From the IMG/VR virus record IMGVR_UViG_3300006467_000134, positions 1-64,000 of that record: a stretch of 64,000 nt of DNA. The stretch is one strand, 5' to 3'. This DNA comes from a virus. Taxonomy: Duplodnaviria > Caudoviricetes. The notes beneath the pieces were generated by a model. It was given only the letters and a program-made list of their open reading frames with translations, did not search any database and was not told the origin of the DNA. Below are positions 18,540 through 26,146 of this stretch, piece by piece. A program made the translations under genes and the position numbers. Each line of letters starts with the position of its first letter. Within the stretch, counting starts at the first letter, position 1.

Positions 18540-18782
18540 CTAAAATCCGTGTACAGTTTCGGTTGGCGGGGTAATGTTGGGCGAGAATCGGCTAGTGTGG
18601 GCAATTACCATCTTACCACCCGCCCGGCGAACAACTACATAGGAGGGACAAACATAGGCGATCCCAGGGAAGTATAACCCGGGCTCCACTCGCACGAGGG
18701 TAACCCGTTCTCCCAGGTTAGGAGATGCCGGGTTATCCCGATCCGGGCGAACACAAGTTAGCTGCAACGGTATCCTCAACAT
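18540..18782 (-). CDS. hypothetical protein
   Basis: AGGAGATATAACATT-ATG RBS. Confidence 0.5.
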   Translation of the reverse strand: MLRIPLQLTCVRPDRDNPASPNLGERVTLVRVEPGLYFPGIAYVCPSYVVVRRAGGKMVIAHTSRFSPNITPPTETVHGF

Positions 18783-18892
18783 AATGTTATATCTCCTGGG
18801 AGCCCCTACCGATAGGGGGATAGGTAATTTTAGGTTGACACTTGGTATTTTGCTGGGTACACAGGCAGCGAGAGAGAAAGCAGTCTAAAAAA

Positions 18893-18938
18893 TAGGAGCC
18901 TAGGAGCCTAGGAGCCTAGGAGCCTAGGAGCCTAGGAG
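18893..18938. repeat. tandem 8-mer (TAGGAGCC) x5.75
   Basis: Perfect tandem copies. Confidence 0.95.
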
Positions 18939-19120
18939 GTTATAAGGGATCCCACTATAACATAACCTGGGAGGCTATTCTATTCTAATCCCCCTGGGAT
19001 ATTCTCCTAGTAGTTGTTCGCCCGTTCGCCCGTCCTGGGATCCCTGGGAATTATTCTCCCAGGTTAGGAGGTTAGGAGCAAAATAGCCCGCCCGGGATCC
19101 CAGGCGGGTTAGTTTCAATC

Positions 19121-19372
19121 CTAGCACTCAACGGTTAGCATTCTCAGCGGGTTACCCTGGATAACATAATCCTCCCGCCAATGAGCTGGAATAGTTGAGG
19201 GATACCGCGGGTTTACGTCTCCTAGGTCGCTCGTTTCCAGCTGAATAACGGTTGGGTCTGGGTGATTGCACTCGGTCTCAATTTTCACGACTAATAGTCG
19301 CCGCCCATGGTAGTGTATAACCTGATTTTTTCGAACGTTTACAATGCTGGTTTCGGTTGTTTGCTTGGCCAT
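19121..19372 (-). CDS. hypothetical early protein
   Basis: AGGAG RBS, promoter upstream. Confidence 0.7.
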   Translation of the reverse strand: MAKQTTETSIVNVRKNQVIHYHGRRLLVVKIETECNHPDPTVIQLETSDLGDVNPRYPSTIPAHWREDYVIQGNPLRMLTVEC

Positions 19373-19412
19373 GGTTGGGCTCCTAGGCGGTTAGTTGGTT
19401 GTTCTGCTTTTC

Positions 19413-19441
19413 AATATATCGACCGCCCGTCCGCCCGTCAA
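19413..19441 (-). promoter_or_regulatory. sigma70-type early promoter
   Basis: TTGACG-N17-TATATT. Confidence 0.7.
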
Positions 19442-19512
19442 TACTAATTCAAAAAATAACCTGGGAGCCCGATAGAACAACCGCCCGGGATCCCAGGTTA
19501 TACGCTCCCAGG

Positions 19513-20112
19513 TTATGAGACCAGGGAGCCCGTTCTGTCGGCTATAGGTCCCAATGGGAACCGGTAACCGTACGCTTGCCAATTTCGATATTCATGCATG
19601 ATTGGAAAGAAACCTACCGCCCGTTCAAGCTTAACTTGATAGCCTACCCAAAGACAAGCTTGTGTTTGAGCGTAGGTTAACCCGTGCACGCGGGCTAGTC
19701 GTTTGATAGCCCGGGTTATCCGCCCGTAGTTGTCCGCTCGAAATAGTTTTTCCTGGGGTACCTTGAATATTTTTCCCATCCAGCTATCGAGCACGATAGC
19801 CCGCCCGTTACCAAGTAAAGCTTGCTGGAAAGCGGAGGTTTTTCTCCCGCGTATTTCGCCCGTCAAAATGTAGTGTTCTGTGGCAATGATCACATTGTCC
19901 ATGGCGTCAAGATAATTGGAATTGCCCATGACTTCAAATGCTATGCGGATATTACGCTTTACCGATACTTTCGGGCTAGTCGTGGCAATCACGCCAGCGA
20001 GGTTAACGGGATCCCACCCGTTTAAATCAGCAACCGTCCGGAGCTCATCTTCCGCCCGGGAATACCATTCCCGCCCGGTCTCGCCCGCCAATTCTATTAG
20101 CTTTGAATACAT
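19513..20112 (-). CDS. phage protein with probable HhH-GPD glycosylase-like fold (DUF7178-type, from memory)
   Basis: WY..A, IATTSP.VSVKRN, GRKT.AF, IVLDSWM, AQTQACLW. Confidence 0.55.
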   Translation of the reverse strand: MYSKLIELAGETGREWYSRAEDELRTVADLNGWDPVNLAGVIATTSPKVSVKRNIRIAFEVMGNSNYLDAMDNVIIATEHYILTGEIRGRKTSAFQQALLGNGRAIVLDSWMGKIFKVPQEKLFRADNYGRITRAIKRLARVHGLTYAQTQACLWVGYQVKLERAVGFFPIMHEYRNWQAYGYRFPLGPIADRTGSLVS

Positions 20113-20205
20113 TATTAGCTTTCTCCTAACCTGGGATCCTCCCAGGATAATAATGCGAAAGAATAGGAGCCCGATAGAATACCGGGCTCCCAGGTTAACC
20201 GCCCG

Positions 20206-20754
20206 TTAGATACGGATCTCGGAACGGTTGCTGATATCCCATATCGCCAATTGACGGTTATATCTTCCCACCCGGATAGCCTCGGATAATTCCGGGATCC
20301 AAATAGATCTATCTAGATACAGCTGATTGGAGTCAATCCAGCCTCCCAGGAAACGTTCGCCCGTTCGCCCGTCCTGCAACCAGTCCAGGTTATCCCAGGT
20401 GAATCGGAAAACATCGGCGACCGAGAATCCGACGTCAATAGTTTCTCCGCGGTAGTTTACCATGGTTTGACGTTGGAGGATATCGCCTCCAATCATGGAA
20501 ACGAGATAGCCCGTTTCTCGACAATCCCAGGGAGCTACCGAAAACCCGCCCGATCCCAATTGACTAAAAGCCAGGGCGGTTAGGTCCGCGGCTAGTTTCA
20601 TAGCCCGGGCGGTTGTTCGGCTATCGTCATCCTGGGAAACAAAGCCACAATATGAGGCGAAGCGGGATTCTCCTATAGTATAGGAAAGCACTGGGAATAG
20701 TTCTCCCTGGGAGTGCCCTTGAATGCCGGCAACATTATCACGCAAGTTCAACAT
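20206..20754 (-). CDS. early protein, C-terminal domain possibly SAM-lyase-like
   Basis: LGGW...YLD.S...EA...GR...QLAIWD pattern; GAGGAG RBS. Confidence 0.45.
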   Translation of the reverse strand: MLNLRDNVAGIQGHSQGELFPVLSYTIGESRFASYCGFVSQDDDSRTTARAMKLAADLTALAFSQLGSGGFSVAPWDCRETGYLVSMIGGDILQRQTMVNYRGETIDVGFSVADVFRFTWDNLDWLQDGRTGERFLGGWIDSNQLYLDRSIWIPELSEAIRVGRYNRQLAIWDISNRSEIRI

Positions 20755-20819
20755 ACTTCTGACTCCTCGAAAGTTTGAAAAATAGCCCGGTTGATTAATT
20801 CGCCCGGTTGCTGCAATCA

Positions 20820-20848
20820 ATACTATCGACCGTCCGGGCGGTTGTCAA
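20820..20848 (-). promoter_or_regulatory. sigma70-type early promoter (divergent pair)
   Basis: TTGACA-N17-TAGTAT. Confidence 0.75.
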
Positions 20849-20860
20849 TTGCAATTATGG

Positions 20861-21035
20861 AAAAATAACCTGGGAGGCTCCCAGGTAAACCGAGCTCCCA
20901 GGATCCCAGGATCCCAGGCTCCCAGGACAACCGGGCTCCCAGGACAACCGGGCTCCCAGGATCCCAGGACAACCGGGCTCCCAGGACAACCGGGCTCCCA
21001 GGATCCCAGGACAACCGGGCTCCCAGGTTATTTTT
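20861..21035. repeat. array of 12 TCCCAGG units flanked by a 16-bp perfect inverted repeat
   Basis: Unit spacings 17,8,8,8,17,17,8,17,17,8,17; AAAAATAACCTGGGAG / CTCCCAGGTTATTTTT. Confidence 0.92.
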
Positions 21036-21065
21036 TGAAAATTGTCAATTCTATAGAATTGACTG

Positions 21066-21094
21066 TTGACGGGCGGGCTAGTTGTCGATATTAT
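21066..21094 (+). promoter_or_regulatory. sigma70-type early promoter (divergent pair)
   Basis: TTGACG-N17-TATTAT. Confidence 0.75.
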
Positions 21095-21137
21095 TAAAGC
21101 ACGACAAACGAACAACCTCCTAACCTGGAAACCTACA

Positions 21138-21299
21138 ATGTATCGAAAATTATTTTCTCAATCTGACTTTGATTCTTTCTGTGAAGCTGTCGCCGAATTA
21201 ATAGGAGCCCGAAACGTTGCAAATAATCTTAAGAGAATCCTGCACTACTACCAAAACGACTACACGCCAGGGGAAACCGCGGATATCCTGGGAGAATAG
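21138..21299 (+). CDS. small hypothetical protein (53 aa)
   Basis: ATG downstream of the promoter. Confidence 0.55.
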   Translation: MYRKLFSQSDFDSFCEAVAELIGARNVANNLKRILHYYQNDYTPGETADILGE

Positions 21300-21570
21300 G
21301 GAAACCCGGGCTCCCTGGGAAACCAGGGAGATTGCCCGCGGGCGGGCGATCCGACCAGAGGGAGGAGGGGGAGGAGATTTTGATTTTTTTCGCGTGCACA
21401 CGTACGTGTAGGCGGTTAATACGGGCCGGCGTCAAATTCTGGAATAATACCATAGATTAACAAATTCAAGGTTCAGTATATAATACACTGCCGCCGCGGC
21501 CCGGTTCAGCTTCAGTTTCCCCAATTCAGCCAGCCGGCCACAAATTTCCAGGTTCAGTCTATAAATAGAA

Positions 21571-21641
21571 AGAGGCTAGGACCCCCCTCAGGCTCCGGGA
21601 GCGGAGAAACGAAACTCCGGGAGCTCAAAGTCCTAGCCTCT
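21571..21641. other. long hairpin at the 3' end of the - arm
   Basis: 12-bp perfect IR AGAGGCTAGGAC/GTCCTAGCCTCT plus inner GGCTCC/GGAGCT stem. Confidence 0.65.
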
Positions 21642-21653
21642 CATTCAGAGAAG

Positions 21654-22103
21654 TCAATCAAGTTGTTCATCTTCATTCCACATGTCCAAGACTTCTCGGC
21701 CATGCTCTGTCAGCCCAACTGCAGTCCAGTCTTTTGTATCTGCGGTGATCAGCATGTCTGCAGATATCGCATAGGCTATCTTATTCTGTTCCCCCAGTGA
21801 GTCAGACTCAAAGCAGGATGTTCGCCCAACCTCTAGCAGATTCGCTGGAACTGCTATTACTTTGTGGGGAATGTTTGGGTCATGGTTTTCCTGTATCGAC
21901 TCCAGAGGACCAACTGAAATGAGGGTTTCAAAGTCCTGGTAGTGTATCAGGAAGTCCATGAACATTCCCAGGTCGGCGAAGTTCGTATGCTGTACGTACA
22001 GGCCAACCCATCGGTTTTGGTCTTTTACGGTTATCCAGGCAATCATAGAATGCAGGACCCCGCTATTAGACCGAAGATTAGACTCAGTAACAAAGTGAGC
22101 CAC
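21654..22103 (-). CDS. hypothetical protein
   Basis: ORF track. Confidence 0.6.
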   Translation of the reverse strand: MAHFVTESNLRSNSGVLHSMIAWITVKDQNRWVGLYVQHTNFADLGMFMDFLIHYQDFETLISVGPLESIQENHDPNIPHKVIAVPANLLEVGRTSCFESDSLGEQNKIAYAISADMLITADTKDWTAVGLTEHGREVLDMWNEDEQLD

Positions 22104-22146
22104 AATCTAGGCGGTTTCATTTCTCGTTTCTCCGAATGTTTTAAAG

Positions 22147-22180
22147 AACCCCTGGGAATAATTCCCAGAGGGTTTTTTTT
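22147..22180. terminator. terminator hairpin, possibly bidirectional
   Basis: AACCC-CTGGGAA-TAA-TTCCCAG-A-GGGTT plus T run. Confidence 0.65.
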
Positions 22181-22355
22181 TATTTTTTTTCTTCCTGAGA
22201 ATTTTTTTTTCTCTAGGATTTTTTTTCTCCTGGGGAAAATTATTTTCTCTAGGATTTTTTTTTTCTCTTAGAAAACTTTTTTTTCCTAGAAATTAATTTT
22301 TTCCCCATGTGGGAAAATTATTGTTTTCTGGAAAAAGTTTTCTTCTCAGGAAAAT
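22173..22355. repeat. recurring T-tract low-complexity region
   Basis: T6-T10 runs separated by CTCTAGGA/CCTAGAAA/GGAAAATTA. Confidence 0.75.
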
Positions 22356-22633
22356 TATTCTCCCTTGAAGAAATTGGCAGCTCCAAACCCTTCGGCAATG
22401 GAGTCAAGGGAGCCCTGCTGGGAATCATCCAGTGTCGAATAGATGTCCTGGCAAATGTCTTTCAGGCAATTGTCAATTGCTTCGCTGATGGTTTGCAGGT
22501 GTGTCAGGGTGCGAACCTTGTGTCCATCGTTGTCTGAAGTCATGACCAGAGCGGCACCATGCTTCAAATGTTCCTGGCCTGATTGGATCCGTTTTAGCAA
22601 TTCAATTGCTTCAATACTAGCTTTATCAAACAT
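22355..22633 (-). CDS. hypothetical protein
   Basis: ORF track. Confidence 0.6.
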   Translation of the reverse strand: MFDKASIEAIELLKRIQSGQEHLKHGAALVMTSDNDGHKVRTLTHLQTISEAIDNCLKDICQDIYSTLDDSQQGSLDSIAEGFGAANFFKGE

Positions 22634-22706
22634 ATCGTATTTCCGAAGTGAGGGAAAGTGAAAAATAAGGGATTTTTGGATTTTCTTGTGGGTGCGTCAG
22701 AGCTCC

Positions 22707-22991
22707 TCAGGGCCTCTGTAACGTCCTCTCAAGGTTATCCGCAATCTCATTCAAGTGAGGGTCGGAGAACTCGTCTCCGATGTTCCTGGACAGCTTAATG
22801 ACAGCCTGAAGGCAGGTGTCATGGTTTGCATCGTCAGCCTCGTATCGGCAGACTTCATTCCTAGTTCTGACAACATCCGTCATTAGAGCCTTTGGATCCG
22901 CCACAGCATCCTGATTGCGAAGTACCAGGCTCTCGGCTGAGTCCAACAGTAACTGAAGCGTAGTCACGAGTGTAGACTTGTAGGAGCTCAT
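22707..22991 (-). CDS. hypothetical helical protein
   Basis: ORF; start uncertain, overlaps upstream ORF. Confidence 0.55.
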   Translation of the reverse strand: MSSYKSTLVTTLQLLLDSAESLVLRNQDAVADPKALMTDVVRTRNEVCRYEADDANHDTCLQAVIKLSRNIGDEFSDPHLNEIADNLERTLQRP

Positions 22992-23229
22992 CTCGTTGAT
23001 CCTGAATGTGTTGTCCGAGTTGCCGTGCATACGAATCAGTTTTGGCTGCTTCCTGTGCCATCAGGATAGCTGCATCGTGGTAGTCAATTAAGCATTCCAC
23101 AAGTTTCTTTTCCACTTGAGGAACTACCGCCGAGAAATCGACAATCTCAGAATCCAATGCTAGGTAGATCGAAGGAATCGACTCGACCAGCTCTTCAATA
23201 CGTTCTTGGATCAGGTCACGATTAGACAT
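22861..23229 (-). CDS. hypothetical helical protein
   Basis: GGAG RBS. Confidence 0.6.
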   Translation of the reverse strand: MSNRDLIQERIEELVESIPSIYLALDSEIVDFSAVVPQVEKKLVECLIDYHDAAILMAQEAAKTDSYARQLGQHIQDQRDELLQVYTRDYASVTVGLSREPGTSQSGCCGGSKGSNDGCCQN

Positions 23230-23554
23230 TCGGTTTCTCCCATGTCAGTAGTGTTTCTTTTCCCCATTGTTCTTCCATTTCTGAAAGATTCTCCTGCATC
23301 GTCCGCATCTCATTGGCATTTGCCTCCAGAACATCTGGTGGCATAAACTTAGCTGCTTCGGAGATTACCAGTCCGCAGTAGTACTTGAGTTTTGTGATGC
23401 TCAGATCGTAGAAATCCAGCATTTCCGAAGAATCTTTCCCTTGGAATTCGTTGAGCAGGACTCCTGCCTTAACCATTTCCAACAAAGCTGGGCAAAGATC
23501 AACGATCAGCTGGAGATTACTTACAATCTCGGTATCTTGGAGTGTCTTACTCAT
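23222..23554 (-). CDS. hypothetical protein
   Basis: Coupled ORF. Confidence 0.6.
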   Translation of the reverse strand: MSKTLQDTEIVSNLQLIVDLCPALLEMVKAGVLLNEFQGKDSSEMLDFYDLSITKLKYYCGLVISEAAKFMPPDVLEANANEMRTMQENLSEMEEQWGKETLLTWEKPNV

Positions 23555-23837
23555 TTTCAAAGGTCTCTTGGAAGGAACGAAGATCTTGCAAGTCAGCAGC
23601 CAGCTGGTCCAAACCATCAACGATACTTTGATCGTCCTGGTAGTTGGGGATGGATCGGACGCCAGCTTCCAGCTTTTCCCCACAGAAGATTGCTGAAGCA
23701 ACCAAGCTCTGGGTGATATCCTCGTAGCTGTTGGGGGGCATTTTGTTCAGAGCAGCATTGCCCATGAAATCTGCAGCCTCTGAGATGATGTTGAACGAAG
23801 TCTGAACGTTGTCTTCGCGTGTCTTGTCTTCCGACAT
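23547..23837 (-). CDS. hypothetical protein
   Basis: AGGAG RBS. Confidence 0.65.
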   Translation of the reverse strand: MSEDKTREDNVQTSFNIISEAADFMGNAALNKMPPNSYEDITQSLVASAIFCGEKLEAGVRSIPNYQDDQSIVDGLDQLAADLQDLRSFQETFENE

Positions 23838-23866
23838 CTGTTTCTCCTAATGAAACGAAAGTAAAA

Positions 23867-23979
23867 GGTCAGGTAGGTAGGAGTTTCACCTACGATGGGA
23901 TGGTAATATTCCACTCAGGGACGCCAAAGTCCCCCGCTAATTTTTGTAGCTTACCACACTACTGTCCGCGTTCTACCTG
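23867..23979 (-). ncRNA. tRNA-like RNA with expanded central domain (RNA-1)
   Basis: Acceptor CAGGTAG/CTACCTG-ACC, T-arm GTAGG-TGAAACT-CCTAC, TGGTAA/TTACCA stem enclosing two hairpins. Confidence 0.6.
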
Positions 23980-23982
23980 GAG

Positions 23983-24048
23983 AAGTCACCGCTGGAATCG
24001 AACCAGCGTTCCCTCAATTGAGGTGTCCTACCACTGGACGAGGCGACT
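23983..24048 (-). ncRNA. anticodon-less tRNA-like RNA
   Basis: AGTCGCC/GGTGACT acceptor, GTCC-AGTGGTA-GGAC D-arm, GCTGG-TTCGATT-CCAGC T-arm; anticodon arm is only CCTCAATTGAGG. Confidence 0.8.
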
Positions 24049-24055
24049 TTAAAAT

Positions 24056-24084
24056 GCTCCCATCGCATAGCCGACGACAGGAGC
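24056..24084 (-). terminator. strong hairpin (terminator or RNA 3' stem)
   Basis: GCTCCTGTCGT-loop-GCGATGGGAGC then ATTTT. Confidence 0.55.
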
Positions 24085-24154
24085 GGATAGATTAAAAGTC
24101 TATTTGTTTTCCCTCGCAATTGTACAACGTTTAACCGTAAGGTTTAGTCTGACA

Positions 24155-24239
24155 GGGTTTCGTCTTAGCCTTTGGACAACCTCCCAGGATATTGTTTGCC
24201 CCGAGCTGGGAGGGCCGGACTCGAACCGGCATAAAACCC
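24155..24239 (-). ncRNA. circularly permuted tRNA-like module B (YrlA-like topology)
   Basis: GGGTTT-[GCCGG-TTCGAGT-CCGGC]-[CCTCCCAG-loop-CTGGGAGG]-[GTCC-AAAGGCTA-AGAC]-AAACCC. Confidence 0.75.
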
Positions 24240-24319
24240 GCATAAAGGTCCCACGGAATCGATTACAATCGCAATTCGTTGTCTAAGTCTCAAGCAATAA
24301 CCTAAGACTAAATTGTCCT

Positions 24320-24392
24320 CCTGCCTCCTCGGCCACTGGGATACCTCCCGTTAAAAGTCGGGAGGGTTGGATTCGAACCAACGTCTAACAGG
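24320..24392 (-). ncRNA. circularly permuted tRNA-like module A (YrlA-like topology)
   Basis: CCTGTT-[GTTGG-TTCGAAT-CCAAC]-[CCTCCCG-ACTTTTAA-CGGGAGG]-[TCC-CAGTGGCCGA-GGA]-GGCAGG. Confidence 0.75.
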
Positions 24393-24439
24393 GTGGACGG
24401 TTCAAGCTGAGCTTACTACTAAGCCTGTTTGCTTGTATC

Positions 24440-25174
24440 CTATTCGCCCCACAGGTAGTCAAAGACTGCCTCTGAAACGTGTTGTTCTTGTACGTCCAGG
24501 CTGTTGGCCTGTTCGCGAGCTTTCTTCACTGCCTCAACCAGTTTGGTCAGTCGAGCCTGGATCTCACGCTTCTCAGCCGGCGACAATGCCGCGGCAAAGT
24601 TAACGCTCTTCCAGTAACCAACCAGGACATCCTCATTGTAGGCCTGAACCTGTGCTGGATGTTTGTCGGTTGCTTCGTAGAGTACTTGCACCTTTGGTAC
24701 TTTCTTGCTACGAATGGTTTCCACAGGAGCTGACACGTACAGTTCCTGGTTGCTGTCCCAGGTCCAGTCTACGGAATCGCTGAGCTCTGGGAGCTTGTCA
24801 ACGAAGGTACGTAGGTTGACCAATTGCTTCTCCAGGAAAAGCAGGTAGGTGACCGGGGCATCTGCAATCACAGTCTTACCGTCTATCTCGACATCAGCCG
24901 TTGCAGTTTGATTTCCCCATTCCTGGGTAGCTACCACGTCAAAGTAGTCTTGCAGTGGAGCCTGAGCAGACGTCAGGATGTCCCGTACGCGACTCACGAC
25001 TTTCTTGTTTTCTGCCGGCAGGCGATCACCCTCGTCATCTTTCGGAGTGTACGTTCGACTCAAACCAACGAAGTTGTCGGTTCGCTGTGATGCATGATGA
25101 AGTTCGGTCAGGGTCTTCTCGGCACGAGTTTTCTTGCCTTTGAGGACAGCCAGGACTTGGTTAAGTTTTCCCAT
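24440..25174 (-). CDS. conserved helical/coiled-coil protein (DUF7873-type, from memory) upstream of tRNA-like RNA
   Basis: MGKLNQVLAV, GLSRTY.PKDDEGD.LP, PVTYLLFLEKQL, LYEATDKHPAQV, AVKKAREQAN. Confidence 0.8.
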   Translation of the reverse strand: MGKLNQVLAVLKGKKTRAEKTLTELHHASQRTDNFVGLSRTYTPKDDEGDRLPAENKKVVSRVRDILTSAQAPLQDYFDVVATQEWGNQTATADVEIDGKTVIADAPVTYLLFLEKQLVNLRTFVDKLPELSDSVDWTWDSNQELYVSAPVETIRSKKVPKVQVLYEATDKHPAQVQAYNEDVLVGYWKSVNFAAALSPAEKREIQARLTKLVEAVKKAREQANSLDVQEQHVSEAVFDYLWGE

Positions 25175-25177
25175 CGA

Positions 25178-25519
25178 TCAATCTCCTACAGGGGTTGCTG
25201 AAATAACGTTTCGGTAAGTGCTAAGCCATTTGATTCGCCAGCCAACTACCTTTAAGTCGTACTTGCCAGGATGAATCTTACCGTATAAATCAGAAGAATC
25301 AAACTTTCCTAGCAAAATGTTGTCGGTGTTTTTGAACGTCTCGCCTTCGGTGTAGATCAAGTAGTAGCTTGAATCTCCGGAGGTAACTCGTTCGGTTTTG
25401 GTCACCGTTGCCGTGATGTGATCCATTGTACCGTAGGCTTCAAAGGCCGGCAACACCAAAACTGCCAAAATCATCAAAATAATGGTGACGACAATAAATC
25501 GGTCTGTCCCTTTACCCAT
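25178..25519 (-). CDS. membrane-anchored DUF1523-like protein
   Basis: N-terminal TM, FKNTD..GKFDSSDL, GWRI.WLS.Y.NVI. Confidence 0.65.
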   Translation of the reverse strand: MGKGTDRFIVVTIILMILAVLVLPAFEAYGTMDHITATVTKTERVTSGDSSYYLIYTEGETFKNTDNILLGKFDSSDLYGKIHPGKYDLKVVGWRIKWLSTYRNVISATPVGD

Positions 25520-25799
25520 TACGTTGTTTCTCCAATGCTCGAAGTTCTGAAAGTTTTCGTTCGTAGGCTCGTTCCGCGGCTTCAACTTTTCTGGTCAGAT
25601 GAAGATGCAAACCTTCGTATGCTTCCTGCCAGGATGGAAAGTATCCCTCGTAGATAAACGAAGAGGTTTTTTTCGCCCGACGTTCCCCGTTAATGGTAAC
25701 GAAGTGCTTTGTTTCGTGACTCACCTCAACCGGGGTGATTGTTGGACCGCCCAACTCATTTTTGGCTTTGTACCAGGTAGTTGTGTTTTCAAGTGACAT
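25512..25799 (-). CDS. hypothetical protein
   Basis: Coupled ORF. Confidence 0.6.
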   Translation of the reverse strand: MSLENTTTWYKAKNELGGPTITPVEVSHETKHFVTINGERRAKKTSSFIYEGYFPSWQEAYEGLHLHLTRKVEAAERAYERKLSELRALEKQRNG

Positions 25800-25801
25800 T
25801 C

Positions 25802-26146
25802 TTACGCCTTGTAAATTGTTTTGGTAGGTATTCGTGTTCCGCCTTTGGTTTCCACGAGGAAAGTTGGACTGCACAGGTCCAGCACTACCTGCACGAGCTC
25901 CCCGTTGAAAAACTCTTCCTTATCTTCACTGTAGGCCAAAACAGGAAGACGGTTTTTCAAATCCGATATGGTTAGTGGAGTCACTTCGACGATTACAGGA
26001 TACCTGGCGAGGCTAAAGTTGCCCTCAGCTTTTTTCCAGTGTACATTTAGATACCACTGACCTTTTTTTGGCTTGTCATACACTACACGAACTTTGCCTG
26101 TGATCTCTTCAGGTAGTGGAGGAAGGTTTTCAATTTCAATGCTCAT
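25802..26146 (-). CDS. hypothetical protein
   Basis: GGAGG RBS. Confidence 0.6.
   Translation of the reverse strand: MSIEIENLPPLPEEITGKVRVVYDKPKKGQWYLNVHWKKAEGNFSLARYPVIVEVTPLTISDLKNRLPVLAYSEDKEEFFNGELVQVVLDLCSPTFLVETKGGTRIPTKTIYKA

Noticed and set aside
20861-21035. CRISPR array
   Set aside because: Units are 8-17 bp with identical linkers, no unique spacers and no cas genes
20823-21115. ORFs spanning the repeat array
   Set aside because: Repetitive translations of non-coding repeats between divergent promoters
21942-22271. + strand 109-aa ORF and other antisense ORFs in the track
   Set aside because: Shadow frames of better-supported genes or low-complexity T tracts
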